A stretch of 62,882 nt of DNA, the filler included, from Guillardia theta CCMP2712 (Eukaryota; Protista; Cryptophyta): the NCBI RefSeq assembly GCF_000315625.1. It is 5 parts of 5 records of this genome, joined end to end, with 100 filler letters (N's around TTAATTAATTAA, not from the genome) between each part and the next. Parts side by side here need not be neighbours in the genome. Positions count along the whole stretch, not along the records: positions 60,511 to 62,882 come from NW_005434422.1; 4 more parts are not named here. The stretch is one strand, 5' to 3'. Of the stretch, positions 60,411-62,882 are shown piece after piece; position 1 is the first letter of the stretch; each line of letters starts with the position of its first letter. A model generated the notes under the pieces. That model saw only the letters and a list, made by a program, of their open reading frames with translations. It made no database searches and was not told where the DNA came from. Position numbers and translations under genes: made by a program.

Positions 60411-62882
60411 NNNNNNNNNNNNNNNNNNNNNNNNNNNNNNNNNNNNNNNNNNNNTTAATTAATTAANNNNNNNNNNNNNNNNNNNNNNNNNNNNNNNNNN
60501 NNNNNNNNNNGTAAATGGATGGAGGTTACACACAAGACGACAGGGAATCATCATCAGATCAGATGGTGACTGGATGTCAAAAGTACGGTCACCTGTGAGC
60601 TCAAGAACACATATCTGCACGATTATGTCTTGATAGTCTCGCAAGAAGATGCCATAAATAATGCACGGTGCATTTTAGCAGTGAGCTGCTCGACTGCTTG
60701 AAACAACCATGATCCGCAGTGCTGTCGAATGATGTCGGACAAGCAAGTCCCGTGGTTCGTGAAGGATTCTTCATCTGATTTTCAAGGACGTGTTTGAACG
60801 ATGAAACATTTTGCAAATCACCAAGGTCTATGCCATTTGATCACATGATGCATCATCTAAATATTACTGGTGTGAACTTGCATCGGATTTTGTTCATCAA
60901 TGAGCCGCTGCCAAGCAGATGATCTCAACGCAAACATGAGCACTTTTGAAGATGCCAATATTCCAGGCCGTAGAGCATGTATGATGTGGCCACATGTCAC
61001 ATGCTTCTTGGTTCACATAGATACACCTTCGCAAGGCAAAAGATGGAACGTGTTCTTGATTACAAGGAGGTCGGTTGTGCTTTTACCCTGATTGAAACTC
61101 TTCTAATAAAGATGTGATACCCTGGATGTGGAATTCTATTTATTGATTCACAGCGTTTGTGATCCTTTTACAATCACCGAGTGCTTGTTCTGTTGAACAA
61201 GGCACTCCTCTGTAGTGCCACATGCGACAAGAACTCTACAACTGCACGGCAGCATTGCGAACCGTCAAAACAAGGCAGGATTGATTCGAAGAACATCTCA
61301 TTTATTTTTATTGATGCTCAAATTTATCTGCACATTGTTTCATTTCTGACTAGGTTTCTGAAGCGTTGTGGAAACATCATGACTGAGGAAGAAATCCAAG
61401 TGCAGAAAAATCATCCTACGTCATGAAACATGGAAATGCAATGGTCAATGCACTTGATCATGGATATAGTGATTCATGATCAACAACAGTTCTCTACAGT
61501 AATCTATGCGAGCAGGTGAAGTCATCCTTTTTGCAAACGTCTCTTCATGCACCGTTGAACGGTTGAGTGCGTGTGAGCCTGTCCTCTGTAGAAAAGTGAA
61601 GTGCATGAATCCTGACCGTAAGACTAGAAGAATTGAAAGTGAGCGATGACATGAGAACATATTGTTAGACAGAAAAGTCGCTCAAGGTACAGTTGAATAC
61701 AAATTTCTCACAAATCATGCATTTGAGCGCAACGTGCAACGCACTGCAATTTGAAAGAAGGGTCAATCAGAGTTGATTCTGTTCAATGGTGTATCCATTA
61801 TTAGTTCCTTACCTGTTCATAAAAATGTCATCATGTCTTCGAAGCATATTTGCAAGTACACTCGCGGATTGTATGAACCAAGGGCACATATTACATTACA
61901 CGCTGGATGATTCAAACCTTGGCCCAACCTGCAGAGTTGAGAAAGAAGCTCGATCATCTCTTACAGATGTGATATGAGATCTTCATCTCATTCCTATCTC
62001 AGTTGGGTTGGATTCGAAGTCTCTCAATATCAAGGTTCATCCTCGCGAGTCAGGAAGGCACCATTTCATCGCCTCTTGCTCGTCCAGGGAGAGGGGGCTT
62101 GGGGAATGAGAAAAGGGGGCTACCCCCCACCCCCTATTACACAGTTTCAAATTCTTTCAAAGGTGGGTAGTTGAGGGTGCTCCATGCCTACCCCACCCCC
62201 CAACAACAATCAAATGGAGGGGTTCTCGGAAGTCGAAGTTCCGACCAGTTTGGCCCTCATTTTGTACCATGTAAGAGCTGCAATTTTAAGTTGGTACCAC
62301 AGATACTCCTAAAATGCGTACTTTTACATTGGTTTGGCGTGGTGAGGTGTCCACGCCACCAAATTCAAATCACCCTACCCCTCTTTGGCCCTGCACAGCA
62401 ACGATTTTCATGAGAGCGACTACCCTCCCACATGACTTCTCAAAGGAGGGTACTCCCAATTGGCATGGAATGAAGGGACCCCTCAGGTCCTTCGAAAAAA
62501 AAAAAATATTGCCAATTTTTCCTATGAGCGCCCGGCCGGAAAAGCAACGCTATGGTCCGCTGACCGGTCACGGCCGCCCGGAGAGATCAGGCCCCCGGCC
62601 AATCTCCGGACACTTAGCCTCCTGGCGGGCCTCCAGGGGGTCTGAGGCGGGGCTGAAGGCTGCAGTCGGTCTACTGACCGGCCCGGCCGGCAGGATCCGT
62701 CGAGAAACAGGGGGGTCAAGGGAGGTTTTCTTCCCCCTGGGAGAAATGTCCTATGGGTTTTTGGATCTGCGATATAAAAAAGTCTTGTCTCGGTCACGTG
62801 ATGTGTCACGTGACCGGTCAGTGAGCCTGTCAGCCCGGGTCACGGCCCCTGTCAGCCGGCTGACATGTCACGGGCTGCTGAC

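Noticed and set aside
1-62882. rRNA, tRNA or telomeric repeats
   Set aside because: None recognisable by eye; a covariance-model search was not possible.

Overview
A gapped draft scaffold from an intron-rich eukaryote. It has short (about 40-55 nt) GT-AG introns, longer introns filled with microsatellites, and GC-rich intergenic islands. The RWP-RK and EsV-1-7-type genes and the intron style suggest a cryptophyte alga such as Guillardia theta (inference). I can support about 20 protein-coding loci. Conserved genes are a DEK_C+SWIB protein, NOP53, DSN1/Mis13, METTL9, TFIIH p44 (SSL1/GTF2H2), a GGCT-fold protein and an RWP-RK factor. The most interesting part is a head-to-head gene pair at 36.2-45.0 kb. 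One gene encodes an R-S-E ADP-ribosyltransferase fused to a near-identical 105-bp ankyrin repeat array. The other encodes a receptor-type protein: signal peptide, ectodomain, one TM helix, an MLKL-N-like helical domain and a TKL kinase. Three copies of a conserved ~31-bp quasi-palindromic motif lie before, between and after the pair. Together this looks like a candidate protist innate-immunity or cell-death module. Other notable items are an intronless GBP/atlastin-TM-thioredoxin-fold fusion, a gene duplication whose identity ends almost exactly at the start and stop codons, a foreign contig nested in NOP53, and a 28-bp minisatellite. All family calls come from motif recognition by eye, with no database search, and many exon boundaries are approximate.
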